Notes: generated by a model not told the origin, from the sequence alone. A stretch of 63,668 bases of DNA, filler included, from Reclinomonas americana ATCC 50394 (GCA_048213135.1; 16 parts of 16 records of this genome joined end to end with filler, not necessarily neighbours in it); one strand, 5' to 3'. Shown: positions 1 through 13,500, counted from the first letter of the whole stretch. Program-made: numbers and translations.

Positions 1-47
<47 letters not shown>

Positions 48-142
48 GCATCACTCCTTCCTCTTAATCATGCTGAATCAATGCATCTTTCATCACATGC
101 CTCTCCCTTCTCCCTCTCGCTCACTGTCTCTCTCTCACACTG

Positions 143-182
<40 letters not shown>

Positions 183-975
183 GCATCACACCTTCCTCTC
201 TCTCAATCATGCCGAATCAATGCATCTCTCTCATTGCATTCCCTCCTTCTCTCTCCCTCCCTCCCTCTCCCTCCCTCCCTCTCCCTCCCTCTCACACTCA
301 CTCACACTCACCTCCTCCTCTGCTGCACCCGTCGGATACAACACCTCCAACCCAAAGAATCCCTCCGGCAAAAACCTCGAATGATCCTCACCCAACTTTA
401 CCGGTTGCCATTGCGCATCTACACAAAAAAAAACATGAGAAGAACATAAGAAGAACGGAAAGAAAAAAACAACAAAAAGGTCGCTCGTGCACATTCACAT
501 CACCAACAACGAAAAAACACACAATGTGAAACGCAACTCTTGAATGCAGTGCCCAGCTGTGCTCGACTAATGTCTGTCTCTTCTCCGCGTGTGCGCTTCG
601 GCATCTCCTTTCACTCTCTCACTCTTTCACACACAATCACACACGAGGACAATGAGTCACGCCGCGTCTGTCCACTCGATTGTCCGCAGTGAGAAAAACT
701 CGAAGCTGTTGAATGCAGTGTCGAGCTATGTACGGCCATTGTCTGCCCCCTCGCCACGTGAGCGCTTGGGTATCTCTCAAACACATACGCGGAACTCGCA
801 ATGAGTCACCGCCCACATTTGTCCCTCATTTCAAACGCGCGACTTGTCTCTTGTCACGAGTCACCTCCTCCTCCTCTCTCCTCACCCACCGCTTGCAATG
901 AGTCATGATACATTTTTGTCCAAATTCACATTGTCGCTCCACCTTCCCACTCGTTCGTTCTTCTTCTCGGTCTCG

Positions 976-2345
976 TTACGCCGCTGCTGGTGCGGGAGCA
1001 GCGACACCGGCCAGGTTGAATGCTGGTGCTGCGGGAGCGGCGGCTGCGGGGCGGGGTCGGCGGTCAAAGAGGTTCTGGATGAAGCCGGGGGTGGGGAGGA
1101 AGGTGGTCTCGTGCGATTTGCAGAGGTACAGCGGCCACACGTCGCGCAGCACGTAGTAAATGTGGCCGCAAAAGATGCCCAGCAGGTCAATGGTGGGCGA
1201 GCCGCCGAGCATTACGGAGAATCCCATGAGAACCCACGGCAGCCACGGCGCGCGGAACTGGAACCAGAAGAGCTGTACATGCTGGAACGAGTGCCGCCGG
1301 CTCCACACGTAGACCACCATAAAGACGAGTGAGAAGCTGAGGAAGGGGACGCCGAGGAGGGTGCCGAGGCCCTGTGGCGGTGACAAAGGGGAAGGGTGGT
1401 GGTGAGGAGGGGGAGAGGGGGGAGGGGGGAGAGGGGGGAGGGAGGCGACAGGGAAGAGGGGGGAGGGAGGAAACGGGGAAGAGGGGGAGGGAGAGGTGAC
1501 GAGTGACAAGTAGCAGCGCGAATGGATGGGAGAAGAGCGAGTGAGTGGAGAAGAGCGACAGGCAAGGAGAAGAGCAGAGTGAGAAACAGGAGCGGAAGTA
1601 GAGAGAAAAAAAGAGCGAGTGAGAAGGAAAGGAGCAGCAGCGAGACGGAAGGAGCAGAGTGCGAAGGATAAGAGCAGCAGCGAGAGGGAACGGGGCAACA
1701 AAATGGAAGGGAAGCAGCTGGAGAGAGGAGCAGCGAGAGGCAAGGAGCAGCAGTAAGACGGAAGGAGAGGGAAGGAGCAGGGCGAGATGCAAGGAGAGGA
1801 GCAGCGAGAGACAGGAGAGGAGCTGCGAGAGGAACAGGAGAAGATGCGAGAGACATGAAGCAGAGCGGGAGAGGAACAGGAGCAGGGTGAGAGGGAAGGA
1901 GCAGGGCGAGAGACAAGGAGCAGCAGTGAGAGAAAAGGAGCAGAGTGAGAGACAAGGAGCAGAGCAAGGTGGACAAAGCAGCAGCGAGAGGAAAGGAGAA
2001 AGGCAGCAAGTCTCCCTGTGCATCAATCGCACACCACTCACCAACAACAGCGCAGCGCCAAACATAATCATGACTGCACAAGAACACGTCAGCAACACTG
2101 CGCCATTCAAACGACGCAATGGGAGAGACGAACGCAACAAACAAAGTCTCCAGTCTTGCCATCAAACTGGTTGCGCTCCAACGAGCTCCAGTACAATGTC
2201 AGGAAGTGCATGTGGAAGAACCAGTTGAGGCTGCGCGGAGACAGAGAAAGCAGGAAGAGGTGAGACAACTCTCCAAAGCGGAATCAGAGAGAGTGAGCCT
2301 GCAAACTGTGTTTGATCCCCATTGCCCAAGCTCTATACACACACA

Positions 2346-2381
<36 letters not shown>

Positions 2382-3216
2382 CTCTTTTCTCTCTCTTGTC
2401 GTTGAACGGAATTAGAGTGAGCCTGCAAACTGTTTGATCCCATTGCCCAAGCTCTTCTCTTCTCTCTCACAAACATACACTGCCTCTCTCTCTCTCTCTC
2501 TCTCTCCGTGCGACTGTGTGCATCTTTCTCACAATATGTCCACAACAATCACGCGAATCTCATCGCAACTCAATCCTTCTCTTTCCCCCTCTTTCCCCTT
2601 CTCTCTCTCTCTCTATCTCTCCCTCCTTGCGCCTCTCTCTCCACACCCGCGCCACGTCACATCCCAACTGTCGCGACTTGTCCGCACTTCCTCTCCCACA
2701 CCACATCGCAGCTCACCTGAACGTGTCAAAGTACCAGAAAGTCGTCACTGAGAGAGCACACGCACACAGAGAGCACAGAGCAGAGCAGAGCACAGAGAGT
2801 GACACGTGTGAGTGCACAAAGTCCACGTGGCCATCAGACAACACACACTTGCCCACACGCACCTAGTCTCCACCACTGCGTGTGCGCACATTGCAAACAG
2901 AGAGACACACGCACACGCAGAGAGCAAGAGAGAGTGAGTGACAGTGTGAGAGTTGAGCAAAGAAAAGCGTGATCACCGACCTCATTTTTGGCAACGACAG
3001 CTGCCGGATTGAAGTACAGCGAGTAAGGAGAGGCCAAGTCAAGTGAGACCACTGCCGTGGTCAACCCCGCTGTGTGTTCACAAGAGAGAGAGAGAGTGAT
3101 CGACAAGTCAGACGGGCCATCTCACGCCAAGGCACCATACACCACACGCGCAAAGTCGCACCTAATAGCAGGTATGTGCGTGTGACTGTGGGAATCGACT
3201 CGAAGAAGCGATTCAT
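976..3216 (-). CDS. Derlin (Der1-like ERAD rhomboid pseudoprotease), 7 exons
   Basis: Manual splicing gives MNRFFESIPTVTRTYLLL-AGLTTAVVSLDLASPYSLYFNP..NE-WWRL-VTTFWYFDTFS-LNWFFHMHFLTLYWSSLERNQFDGKTGDFV-FMIMFG..-..VYVWSRR..FRAPWLPWVL..LGIFCGHIYY. This has the derlin WR motif, YVWSR and GxxxGH. All introns are GT-AG and the stop is TAA. Confidence 0.93.
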
Positions 3217-3916
3217 TGTGTGTATGTGCGCGTCGGCTTTGCAACAGAACAGTTCAGCGAGTCATTTGTCCACTGTAGACGCTGTCTACCGCATCCAAAA
3301 CATCAACACAAACACCAATCTTGAGGCAGCAGCTGGTTCCTTGTGTGTGTGTTCGCTCTCGGAGCTCCGAGCAAGTCGAGAACTGCGATTGTCACCGCAT
3401 AAGCGTGGTTGACCAGTGGATTTGACGCACTTGCATAGATGCATAGCATTTTCTGCGATCGTACACGGCACATCGAATTCGGGAAAAGGCCATAGCCAGG
3501 CAAGTAAAGCAACGCCGGGTATGGATCCGTGAAGCAAGCAAAGCAAAAGAAGTGGTGGCGTCGTAGTTGGTGGCGTGGTTGAAACAAAAGAGAGCTTGCC
3601 GCGTTGTTGGTGAGGCTCATGTCGGCGGTGGCTTGATCATGCAAAATGCGCTGTGTAGTTGTTGTGCATGCATATGTCGTAAACTGAAAAAAATCTCAAT
3701 CTGTGATGATCACCATCTTGAGAGAGCGATAAAAACGCGACAGCGCGCTACAGTTGGCGCAGTGCAAGCGCTCAGCAATTTTCTCCTTGCTAAGTCGCCA
3801 TTATGTAAACTCAAATGTTGGCGCCAAGATTGGCGTTATGACCGTTAGATTATATTCACTTTCCCGTGTGTGCGCGCGGTGCGAACGTGCCGCTCTGCAC
3901 CACCGCCACCGCGAAC

Positions 3917-6900
3917 ATGCGCACACGCGTCTCTGCAATGCGCACGCTCCTCAGCGTCGCGCTCCTCGTCATTCTCTCACTCGCCATCAATGCAAGTTGT
4001 GTGTGATGAACGCGCAGTGCATGATAATCATGCATAAGCGCACTCACAACCACCTCACCTTCAATCCGCCACAGACGCCCAAACAGTGACCACCGCCGTA
4101 GCCAGCAACATCACTGGCTCGACTGTCACTCTCAATGCGTGGATCAATCCCAACAATGCTGCGGGTGGCACTACAAACTCCTTTGAGTGGTCGCCCTACT
4201 CTGCCACTCTGGGTGTCTCCTCCTCCACTGTCTCCACCATTGTGGGCACGGCAGGTACCTCGGGAACAACAGATGGCGTTGGCGCAAGTGCATTGTTGAA
4301 CACACCAATGGTTTGTGCACGACAAGTGTCTCTGCTGCGCCTGTCGTGCACTTTCGCTGACATTATGAATGTGTGCTCTCTCAACAGGGACTGGTCTTTG
4401 ACGCCGCAGGCAACGTGTATGTGGGCGACTACGGGTTTGTCTCTTCTTCCATCTGTCGATTGTTAATTCATCTCACTCACTGCAAGCGCGCACACGATGA
4501 TGATTGCAGCAACTGTCTCCTTCGACGCATCACACCTGCAGCCACAGTGACAACTTTTGCGGGAAGCACGTGCGGCCTGACGAACGCGACAGGAGTGTCA
4601 GCAAAGTTCAAAAAGTGCGTCTTGCATCTCTCTCTTCTCTCTCTTCTCTCTCTTCTCTCTCTCCCTTTCCGCACTCACACACGCACACAGTGTTGCCGGC
4701 CTCGCCATCGATCAAACCACGGGAACGATGTATGTTGCCGATGTGAGTGTGTTCTTGCATGCATGATGTTCCATGCATTCTGCTGACTCTGTGCGTGCGT
4801 CTCTCTCACACAGTTGACGAACCACGCTGTGCGTGCGGTCACCGCAGCAGCCGTGGTCACCACACTGGCGGGAAATGGGGCGTCGGGGAGTGCCAATGCC
4901 TCCGGCGCAGCCGCCTCGTTCAATCAGCCGATGGGCATCGCAGTGGATGCCACGAACCAAGTGGTGTATGTGGGCGACTGGCTGAACAACACCGTTCGGC
5001 GAGTGACCTACGCTGGTGTGGTGACGACCTTCTGTGGCTCTACGGGCATGAGTGGCACCGCCGATGGTGCGTGTGCGGGAGCGGCGCGGTTCGGTGGTCC
5101 CAATGGCGTGCTGCTTGTCGGAACCACGCTGTATGTTGGTGAGTGCTGTGCGGAAGAGATGATGCCCTTCCTCCCATCCTCACCTGCGCCTTCTGCTTGG
5201 TTTTGCGTGAGTGCAGCCGACCGTGCGAACAACTCCATCCGAGCGATTGACACAGTGGCAATGACTGTGACGACGGTGGCGGGTTCAGCGAGCGGCGCAT
5301 CTGGATCCACGGATGCCACTGGTGAGTTCATCATGTTCACCCCCGATTGGATTGTTTGCATTTGCTCTTACCGATCAGCAGGAACGGCTGCTCGCTTCAA
5401 CACACCGATCGGACTGGCATACGACTCTGGAAACAACGTCATTTATGCCGCCGATGTTGCGTATCTTTTCTTCACTCTGAGACGTCTCGCTTCTTGATTC
5501 TCACTGCCTGAACCCCCCACGCAGTCAGTCAACAACACCGTGCGAAGCATTCGTGTGTCAGACTCGTCTGTGACAACGATTGGCGGTGCGGCGGGCGTGA
5601 GCGGATCAGCCAACGGCAGCGCGCTGACTGTGGCACGCTTCAACTCGCCTGTCCACCTCGCCTTCGATGCATCGACTGCATCGGTGCTCATTGCCGATTA
5701 CACCACGCATATCATCCGTCGACTCTCGCTGGCGTCGCAATCGGCGTCGGCCACACCCGCCACCGCCACTGGCTCCGCGGCCACCTCGATCACCGCCTCA
5801 CTGAGTGGATTGGTGACCAACTGGACGTACTACTATCGCGCCGTCGGCGTCACCTCCACACCCAGCACCGTCAATGGCGCCACCGTGCCGTTCACCACCA
5901 CCACCAATGTGGCTCCGACCGACATCACCTGCTCGTCAACAACGTATGTGTCGCCTTCGGTGGCGAATCAAGTCGTGTGTGCGCTGCAGACGACGGACGC
6001 GAACGCGGGTCAGTCGTTCACGTACTCGATTGTCGGAGGCGCCAATAGTGCGGTGTTCTCGATTAGCGGGCAGTCGCTGGTGATTGTGGCGGCTGGGCAG
6101 GCGGGCAGCTCGCTAGCGGTGACGATCCGGTCGACGGACAATGGAACGCCGCCGCTGTTCTTCGACAAGGCGTTCACCATCACCACAGGTGGGGCAAATG
6201 GGGGGTGAAGTGTGCTCTGGGTCTCTCACCTTCTCTTTTCTTTGTTTCTCCTTTTNNNNNNNNNNNNNNNNNNNNNNNNNNNNNNNNNNNNNNNNNNNNT
6301 TAATTAATTAANNNNNNNNNNNNNNNNNNNNNNNNNNNNNNNNNNNNNNNNNNNNGACGGTTTGTCTGATGAGAGTGCGCTTATTACCACGTAAGCCTGT
6401 CTCACACGCTTGCGTCGACGTGACAGAGCATTGCGTTTGACGCTTCGGGTATTGCATTCGTATGTGATATCTACAATCACACGATTCGGCGAGTGACAAG
6501 TGGAGGTGTGGTGTCGACGTTTCTGGGGACTGCGGGAGCGGCAGGTTTAGTTGATGGGATCGGCAATGCCGCGCGATTCAACTCACCCTTCGACTTGTCC
6601 TTTGACTTGACCACCGGATACCTGTACATCTCTGCCGTTGAGTAGCTAGTCGTCCACGAGAGAGTTGCTTCCAACCAGTGATCCATCTCTCACCGTCGGG
6701 CTCTGCAGAATGGTAATAATGCAATCCGTGTGAGCTCTCCTTCGGGATTTGTGTCAACGCTGGCTGGCAACGGGTCTTCCGGCTCTGCAAATGGCACCGG
6801 CTCGAGTGCGAGGTTTAATTCTTTACATGGCATTGCGGTTGATGCGGCCAACAAAGTGATGTATGTTGGTGATTGGGGAAACTCGGCTGTAAGAAAGGTG

Positions 6901-9900
6901 TGTGCGTTCTTTGACTGCACTGCACGCTCATCAAGTGCTTACGTGCCACTCTTCAGATCACGTATGACGGCGAGGTCACCACGTACTGCGGTACGATCGG
7001 ATCGTTGGGCACGGTTGATGGAGCGTGTGCATCAACGGCACGTATAAGTGGTCCATCTGGTGTTGCTTTGGATGCGACGGCCAATCGGCTGTATGTCGGT
7101 ATATATATGTGTGTGTATGCAATTATTGTAGCAAGAATTGTGCGCTCACACTATGGAAAATGCTTGTAGCTGATCGAAATCGCCACAACATCCGCGTAAT
7201 TGACATGCTGGCGATGACTGTGTCGACTCTGGCCGGCTCGCTCACCGGAACAGTTGGGTCGACAGACGCCACTGGCACCGCGGCTCGATTCGGCACCCCC
7301 ATTGGCATCCAGCTCGACCGAGCACGAGGCATTCTTTACGTTGCAGAAGTTGCGTTTGTGTCGGCCGTTTCTACATGTCGTTAGCTTGTTCACAAGGAAG
7401 TCTCCATAGACGGGCAATCACATGATTCGCCAAATCGTCATCAGTACTGGCATTGTCACAACCATCGCTGGAGCTGCAGGAATGTCCGGGTCGGCAGATG
7501 GAAGTCCACTCACGACTGCTCGGTTCTACTCTCCTGTGAGTGTTTCATCTTTCCTGCGCTGTGTGGAGACTGCTCTGACTTGAATGCCTGTCTTGGCATC
7601 TAGCACTATATAGCGTACCACGCTGCATCTTCTACCTTGTATATTGCAGGTCCGAGGTCTCACGGGAGCTTGTTCGACTATTGTGTCTCTTCGTTCTCAA
7701 TATTTCATTCACCAGAGTACAGCAACTACACCATTCGCCGGCTCACCATCGGCTCCACCACTGCCATCTCGGCCACCCCGGCCACCTCTGGTGTTGCCTC
7801 CAGCACCGCTCTCACCTTGTCGCTCACATCGCTCGCCGCCAACTGGACGTACTACTTCCGTGCCATCTCCACCTCCACCGTGCCCAGCACCCTCACCGGC
7901 TCCACCATGTCATTCACCACCTCCAACTCGACGCCGACCGATATTGCTTGCTCTGCCACCTATGTCGCTCCATCGACGGCCAACATGCCCGTGTGTACGA
8001 TGAGCACCACCGATGGTGATGGGAGCCAGTCGTACACTTACGCGATCACCGGCGGAGCGAACGCAGGCACGTTTTCAACTAGTGGCGCGCAGTTGCAGGT
8101 CACGTCGGCGGGACAGTCGGGAAGTCCGCTAGCCGTCTCGATCCGCTCGTTTGACAATGGCACTCCACCGATGTTTGTCGACAAGTCGTTCAGTGTGACG
8201 TCGGGTGAGTGGATGATTGAGACTGTTGTGTGTTTCTCGACGTGGTTGTTGATCTTGTCTTCCGGCAGTGAACAATGCACCGACGGCGGTGACACTGAGT
8301 GCGAGCTCGTACTTTCCACCCAGCACGGCGGGACTGGCGATCGGCACGATGAGCACGAGCGATGTGGACTCGCAGCAGTCGTTCACATACTCGGTGGTTG
8401 GTGGTGCGAGCAGCGCGTTGGTGACGATTGTTTCCGGCAACCAACTGCAGTTTGTGAATGCGGGAGTGACGGCATCGCTGGTGGTGATTGTGCGGACGAC
8501 CGACAATGGCAACCCCGCCATGTCGTTCGATCAGACCCTCAATATTGCTGGTTGCGTGCTACTCTGCTTTCGCGTTCTTCTGTGCGAGGATACTGATCTT
8601 GCTTTGCCCTCATTCATGCAGCACCCTCTGTGACGTCTCTGTCGGCCACCTTTGTGTCGGCTCTGGCTGGCCAGTTGATTACACTGACAGGAACCGCGCT
8701 GGTGAACACCTCGGCTGACACGTCGGCATATGTTTTGGGCACTCCGCTTTGTGCTGCCACGACACCGCCGACAGCCGTGGCCAGCACCAGCGTCAGCAGC
8801 ACATTCGGCAGCGCGACCAGCATCACGCTGACGATTGGGGCGGCGGGTGCAGCTGTGGGCACGTACGAACTGTGCACGCGATGGGCGCCAGCCAAGACAT
8901 ATCTGGCGGTGTCTGCGTTCGCCATTGGTGAGGAATGGGGGTAAGGGAGAGCACAGGGAGCATTCGGCTGTTGTTGTGCTTGTTTGTTTGTGTGTGGAGA
9001 TCTAGAGCTGTGCTTCATTTTCTTTCATGTTGTTCTTCTCTCTCTTTCTCTTTCTCTTGCTCTTTCTCTCTCCTCCCTCTCCCTCTCGGTGTATGTATGT
9101 TTGTGTGTATGCAAGCATGTGTGTGTATGCGTGTGTCAGCTGAACGAATGAGGTGTGCAGGGAGCGTTGGTCCGAGCGACATTCTGCTGTCGGGTGCGCA
9201 GACGTACTCGAGTGCGACGGTTCCGTTCACGGTGGGCACACTGAGTATGGTGGATCTCAACACGGGACAGACGCCGACATTCAGCATTGCGGGTGGCGTG
9301 CACNNNNNNNNNNNNNNNNNNNNNNNNNNNNNNNNNNNNNNNNNNNNTTAATTAATTAANNNNNNNNNNNNNNNNNNNNNNNNNNNNNNNNNNNNNNNNN
9401 NNNGCGGCTCTATTCAGCATCGTGGGTGGGACTCAGCTGACGATCTCGGTGGCTCCGCCACTGAGTCGGCGACTGCAAGTGTTTGTGCAAGTGAGCGACG
9501 GCGTACTGACGTACACCAAGCAGTTCACAATATTGTATGGTGCGTGGGGAGGGAGGAAGGGAGGAGTAAGGGATGAAGAGGACAAGAGAGAAATGGAAGC
9601 AACAGATCTGTATGCGAGTGTCGTCGCCCTCTCTTCCTTCTGCGAGGTGGCGCACGCAGAGTATGTGGTTGGTGCTGATGGTGACTGGATACTTGTGCAG
9701 CTTGGGGAACGGGTTGTGCAGCGGTGCAGAATGGAGTGGTGGCTCGTTGCGTTTCTTGTGGACTTCAGTGTGCTCCGTCGTTCGCCGTCTCACTCTCCAT
9801 CACACTGAGCAGCGGCGTTGGAAGTGTGCCTATTCGAAGCTGTGGATCGACCTGGTGGCACGATTCTCGCTGTGTTGCCCTCTGTTGCAAGCGAGGTCGG

Positions 9901-10476
9901 GTGCTGTGAAGCGTGTGATCGGTACTCCCAATGTCGATCGTGGACATTCCTGGATTCTGGTGCGGCGTCGAACTCGTCAGGCGCGAGTGTGTGCACGCTG
10001 AAGGTACGTGATTGGAGATCGAAGGAAGGGTTTTTGAGAGAATGCCAAGCTCACCTTCTTGTTGCACGCAGAGCACCGTGCCGCCAACGGCAGCCAACGC
10101 AGAGACCAGCAATGTGTGTGGCTCGCATTTCTGTTTGGTATCGGGACGCAAGACAAGTGTGGCTGCGTATGACAGCAGCGGCTTCCAGACCAGCACGGGT
10201 GAGTCCTCGCAGAGAAAAGAGATGAGAGAAAGAATCGGGATTGATGTTGGTTGCTGTTGGCATGCAGACCGACCTGGTGGCGATCTCACGTGGGCCATCA
10301 AGACGACAACCGGGCCACAAGCATGCTCACTGTGGTGTTCCCAGTTGACTGCATGCGGGTCGTGGACATTCACTGCGTCGACCAAGCAGTGTGTGCCAAA
10401 GAGTGGCGTGTTGGCGACGTCGACGTCGACGGCGTGTGCGACGAGCGGTGACTGCACGTCGGGCTTGAAGATATGA
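3917..10476 (+). CDS. Large secreted multidomain protein, copy 1: signal peptide, 2x [NHL propeller within FN3-like domain], cadherin-like repeats, IPT/TIG-like domain, 2 PAN/Apple domains (spans two gaps)
   Basis: The signal exon reads MRTRVSAMRTLLSVALLVILSLAINA. NHL repeats: FNQPMGIAVD..VYVGDWLNNTVRRV. FN3-like: LSGLVTNWTYYYRAVG. Cadherin-like: APTDI..TTDANAGQSFTYSIVGG..IRSTDNG..DKAFTI. PAN: DRPGG..CCEACDRYSQCRSWTF. About 20 short GT-AG introns. Confidence 0.85.
6256..6355. other. Assembly spacer (N44-TTAATTAATTAA-N44); 15 such spacers occur in the window
   Basis: Identical 100-nt blocks start at 6256, 9304, 13027, 18142, 21019, 23423, 26038, 27331, 29850, 38329, 46408, 51080, 57998, 59813 and 62208. 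The core has stops in all six frames. Confidence 0.98.
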
Positions 10477-10577
10477 GGTGACCGTCTCGACAATGAAGTT
10501 TACATTGTTTGTAATTTTGGCGCCAGAAGATGTTTCAACAGTTTCTTTCAGTGCACTGTCTGTGTGTGCGTGCACAC

Positions 10578-13500
10578 ATGCCACGCTTCCCCACTACCTA
10601 CGCACGCACACGCAGCGATGTGAGGCGTGCACTGCTTTGCGTCGCGCTCGTCGTTCTCGTGCTCGTCCACTCACTTGCTCTCTCTGCGAGTTGCGTGAGG
10701 GCAATGTGGGCGCTTATGCGTGTATCTTACACCCCGCTGCGCGTCTCGTCCGACTCTCACTGGCGCACACGCACACGACACATCATTATGTGCGCGCCAC
10801 AGACGCCCAAACAGTGACCACCGCCGTCGCCACCAATGCCACTGGCTCGACTGTCACTCTCAATGCGTGGATCAATCCCAACAATGCTGCGGGTGGCACT
10901 ACAAACTCCTTTGAGTGGTCGCCCTACTCTGCCACTCTGGGTGTCTCCTCCTCCACTGTCTCCACCATTGTGGGCACGGCAGGTACCTCGGGAACAACAG
11001 ATGGCGTTGGCGCAAGTGCATTGTTGAACACGCCAATGGTTTGTGCACGACAAGTGTCTCTGCTGCGCCTGTCGTGCACTTCGCTGACATTATGAGTGTG
11101 CGTGCTCTCTCAACAGGGACTGGTCTTTGACGCCGCAGGCAACGTGTATGTGGGCGACTACGGGTTTGTCATGCATGCACTCTTCTTCCATCTGTCGATT
11201 CGTTGCATCTCTCTCACTCTCACTCACTGCAAGCGCGCACACGATGATGATGATAATTGCAGCAACTGCCGCATTCGACGCATCACGCCCGCAGCCACAG
11301 TGACAACTTTCGCGGGAAGCACGTGCGGCCTGACGAACGCAACAGGAGTGTCAGCAAAGTTCAACAAGTGCGTAGTTGCATTCTCTCTCTCTCTCTCTCT
11401 CTCTCCCCTCTCCTCTCCTCTCCTCTCCCCACTCACTCACGCACTCTCACAGTGTTGCAGGCCTCGCCATTGACCAAACCACTGGCACCATCTATGTTGC
11501 CGATGTGAGTGTGTGCTGACATGCATGATCGCAGCTCGATGCAGGCACACATTCTGACTCTGTGCGTGCGTCTCTCTCACACAGTTGACGAACCACGCTG
11601 TGCGTGCGGTCACCGTAGGAGCCGCAGTTACCACACTGGCAGGCAATGGGGCGTCGGGGAGTGCCAATGCCTCTGGTGCAGCCGCCTCGTTCAATCAGCC
11701 GATGGGCATCGCAGTGGATGCGACGAATCAAGTGGTGTATGTGGGCGACTGGCTCAACAACACCGTTCGGCGAGTGACGTACGCTGGTGCGGCGACGACC
11801 TTCTGTGGCACTGCGGGCATGAGTGGCACCGCCGATGGTGCGTGTGCGGGAACTGCGCGATTTGGTGGTCCCAATGGCGTGCTGCTTGTCGGAACCACGC
11901 TGTATGTTGGTGAGTGCTGTGCGGGAGAGATGATGCCCTTCCTGCCTTTCTAATCTGCGCCTTCTGCTTGGTTTTGCGTGGGTACAGCCGACCGTGTGAA
12001 CAACTCCATCCGAGCGATTGACACAGTGGCGATGACGGTGACGACGGTGGCGGGTTCAGCGAGCGGCGCATCTGGATCCACGGATGCCACTGGTGAGTTC
12101 ATCATGTTCACCCCCGATTGGATTGTTTGCGTGTGCTCTTACCGGTCACCAGGAACGGCCGCTCGCTTCAACACGCCGATCGGGCTGGCATACGACTCTG
12201 GAAACAACGTCATTTATGTCGCCGATGTTGCGTATCTTTTCTTCACTCTGAGACGTCTCGCTTCTTGATTCTCACTGCCTGAACCCCCCACGCAGTCAGT
12301 CAACAACACCGTGCGAAGCATTCGTGTGTCAGACTCGTCTGTGTCAACGATTGGCGGTGCGGCGGGCATGAGTGGATCGGCCGATGGCAGCGCGCTGACT
12401 GTGGCACGCTTCAACTCGCCTGTCCACCTCGCCTTCGATGCATCGACTGCATCGGTGCTCATTGCCGATTACGCCACGCATATCATCCGTCGACTCTCGC
12501 TGGCGTCGCAATCGGTGTCGGCCGCACCCGCCACCGCCACTGGCTCCGCGGCCACATCGATCACCGCCTCACTGAGTGGATTGGTGACCAACTGGACGTA
12601 CTACTATCGCGCCGTCGGCGTCACCTCCACACCCAGCACCGTCAATGGCGCCACCGTGTCGTTCACCACCACCACGAATGTGGCGCCGACCGACATGACG
12701 TGCTCGTCGACAACGTATGTGTCGCCTTCGGTGGCGAATCAAGTCGTGTGTGCGCTGCAGACGACGGACGCGAACGCGGGTCAGTCGTTCACGTACTCGA
12801 TTGTCGGAGGCGCCAATAGTGCGGTGTTCTCGATTAGCGGGCAGTCGCTGGTGATTGTGGCGGCTGGGCAGGCGGGCAGCTCGCTAGCGGTGACGATCCG
12901 GTCGACGGACAATGGAACGCCGCCGCTGTTCTTTGACAAGGCGTTCACCATCACCACAGGTGGGGCAAATGGGGGGTGAAGTGTGCTCTGGGTCTCTCAC
13001 CTTCTCTTTTCTTTGTTTCTCCTTTANNNNNNNNNNNNNNNNNNNNNNNNNNNNNNNNNNNNNNNNNNNNTTAATTAATTAANNNNNNNNNNNNNNNNNN
13101 NNNNNNNNNNNNNNNNNNNNNNNNNNCGTCCTCCTTTTGTCCTTCCTCATTCTCCTCTTTCTCCTCTTCTTGTTTCACCGTCACCTCTGTCGGCATGCTA
13201 TCCTACTGCCATCGCTGGTTGTTCACAGTTCTCCTCAACTCCCTTTGGTGTGTCACAGCCACCCAGTCGCTGGCCACGCTGGCGACAACGTCGTCGGCGA
13301 CACTGAATGCGGTGGTGGGCAACTCTGTGGCTGCATCGACAATGACCAACTCGTTTGAATGGGCACCGACGACGGCTGCGCTTGGTGTCACATCAACTGT
13401 GTCGACGTGGCTGGGCACGGCGGGCATGTACGGAACGACGGATGGCACTGGCACAGCTGCTCGATTCAGTTTCGCAACGGTTTGTCTGATGAGAGTGCGC

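Noticed and set aside
321..383. Possible terminal exon ..GYNTSNPKNPSGKNLE-TGA
   Set aside because: No clear acceptor and no recognisable homology; the upstream context lies outside the window.
1187..2228. Long Leu/Ser- or Arg/Glu-rich ORFs (also at 20320-21074, 21154-21756 and elsewhere)
   Set aside because: They are translations of CT/GA/GT microsatellite-rich introns.
3340..3507. Minus-strand TTACTTGCCTGG resembling the U1 snRNA 5' end (ATACTTACCTGG)
   Set aside because: No convincing stem-loop I/II loops (GATCACGAAG, ATTGCAC) or Sm site follow. It would need an Infernal hit.
6256..6355. Recurrent TTAATTAATTAA flanked by Ns, resembling a regularly repeated element or CRISPR-like repeat
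   Set aside because: It is an artificial six-frame-stop contig spacer, identical at all 15 gaps.
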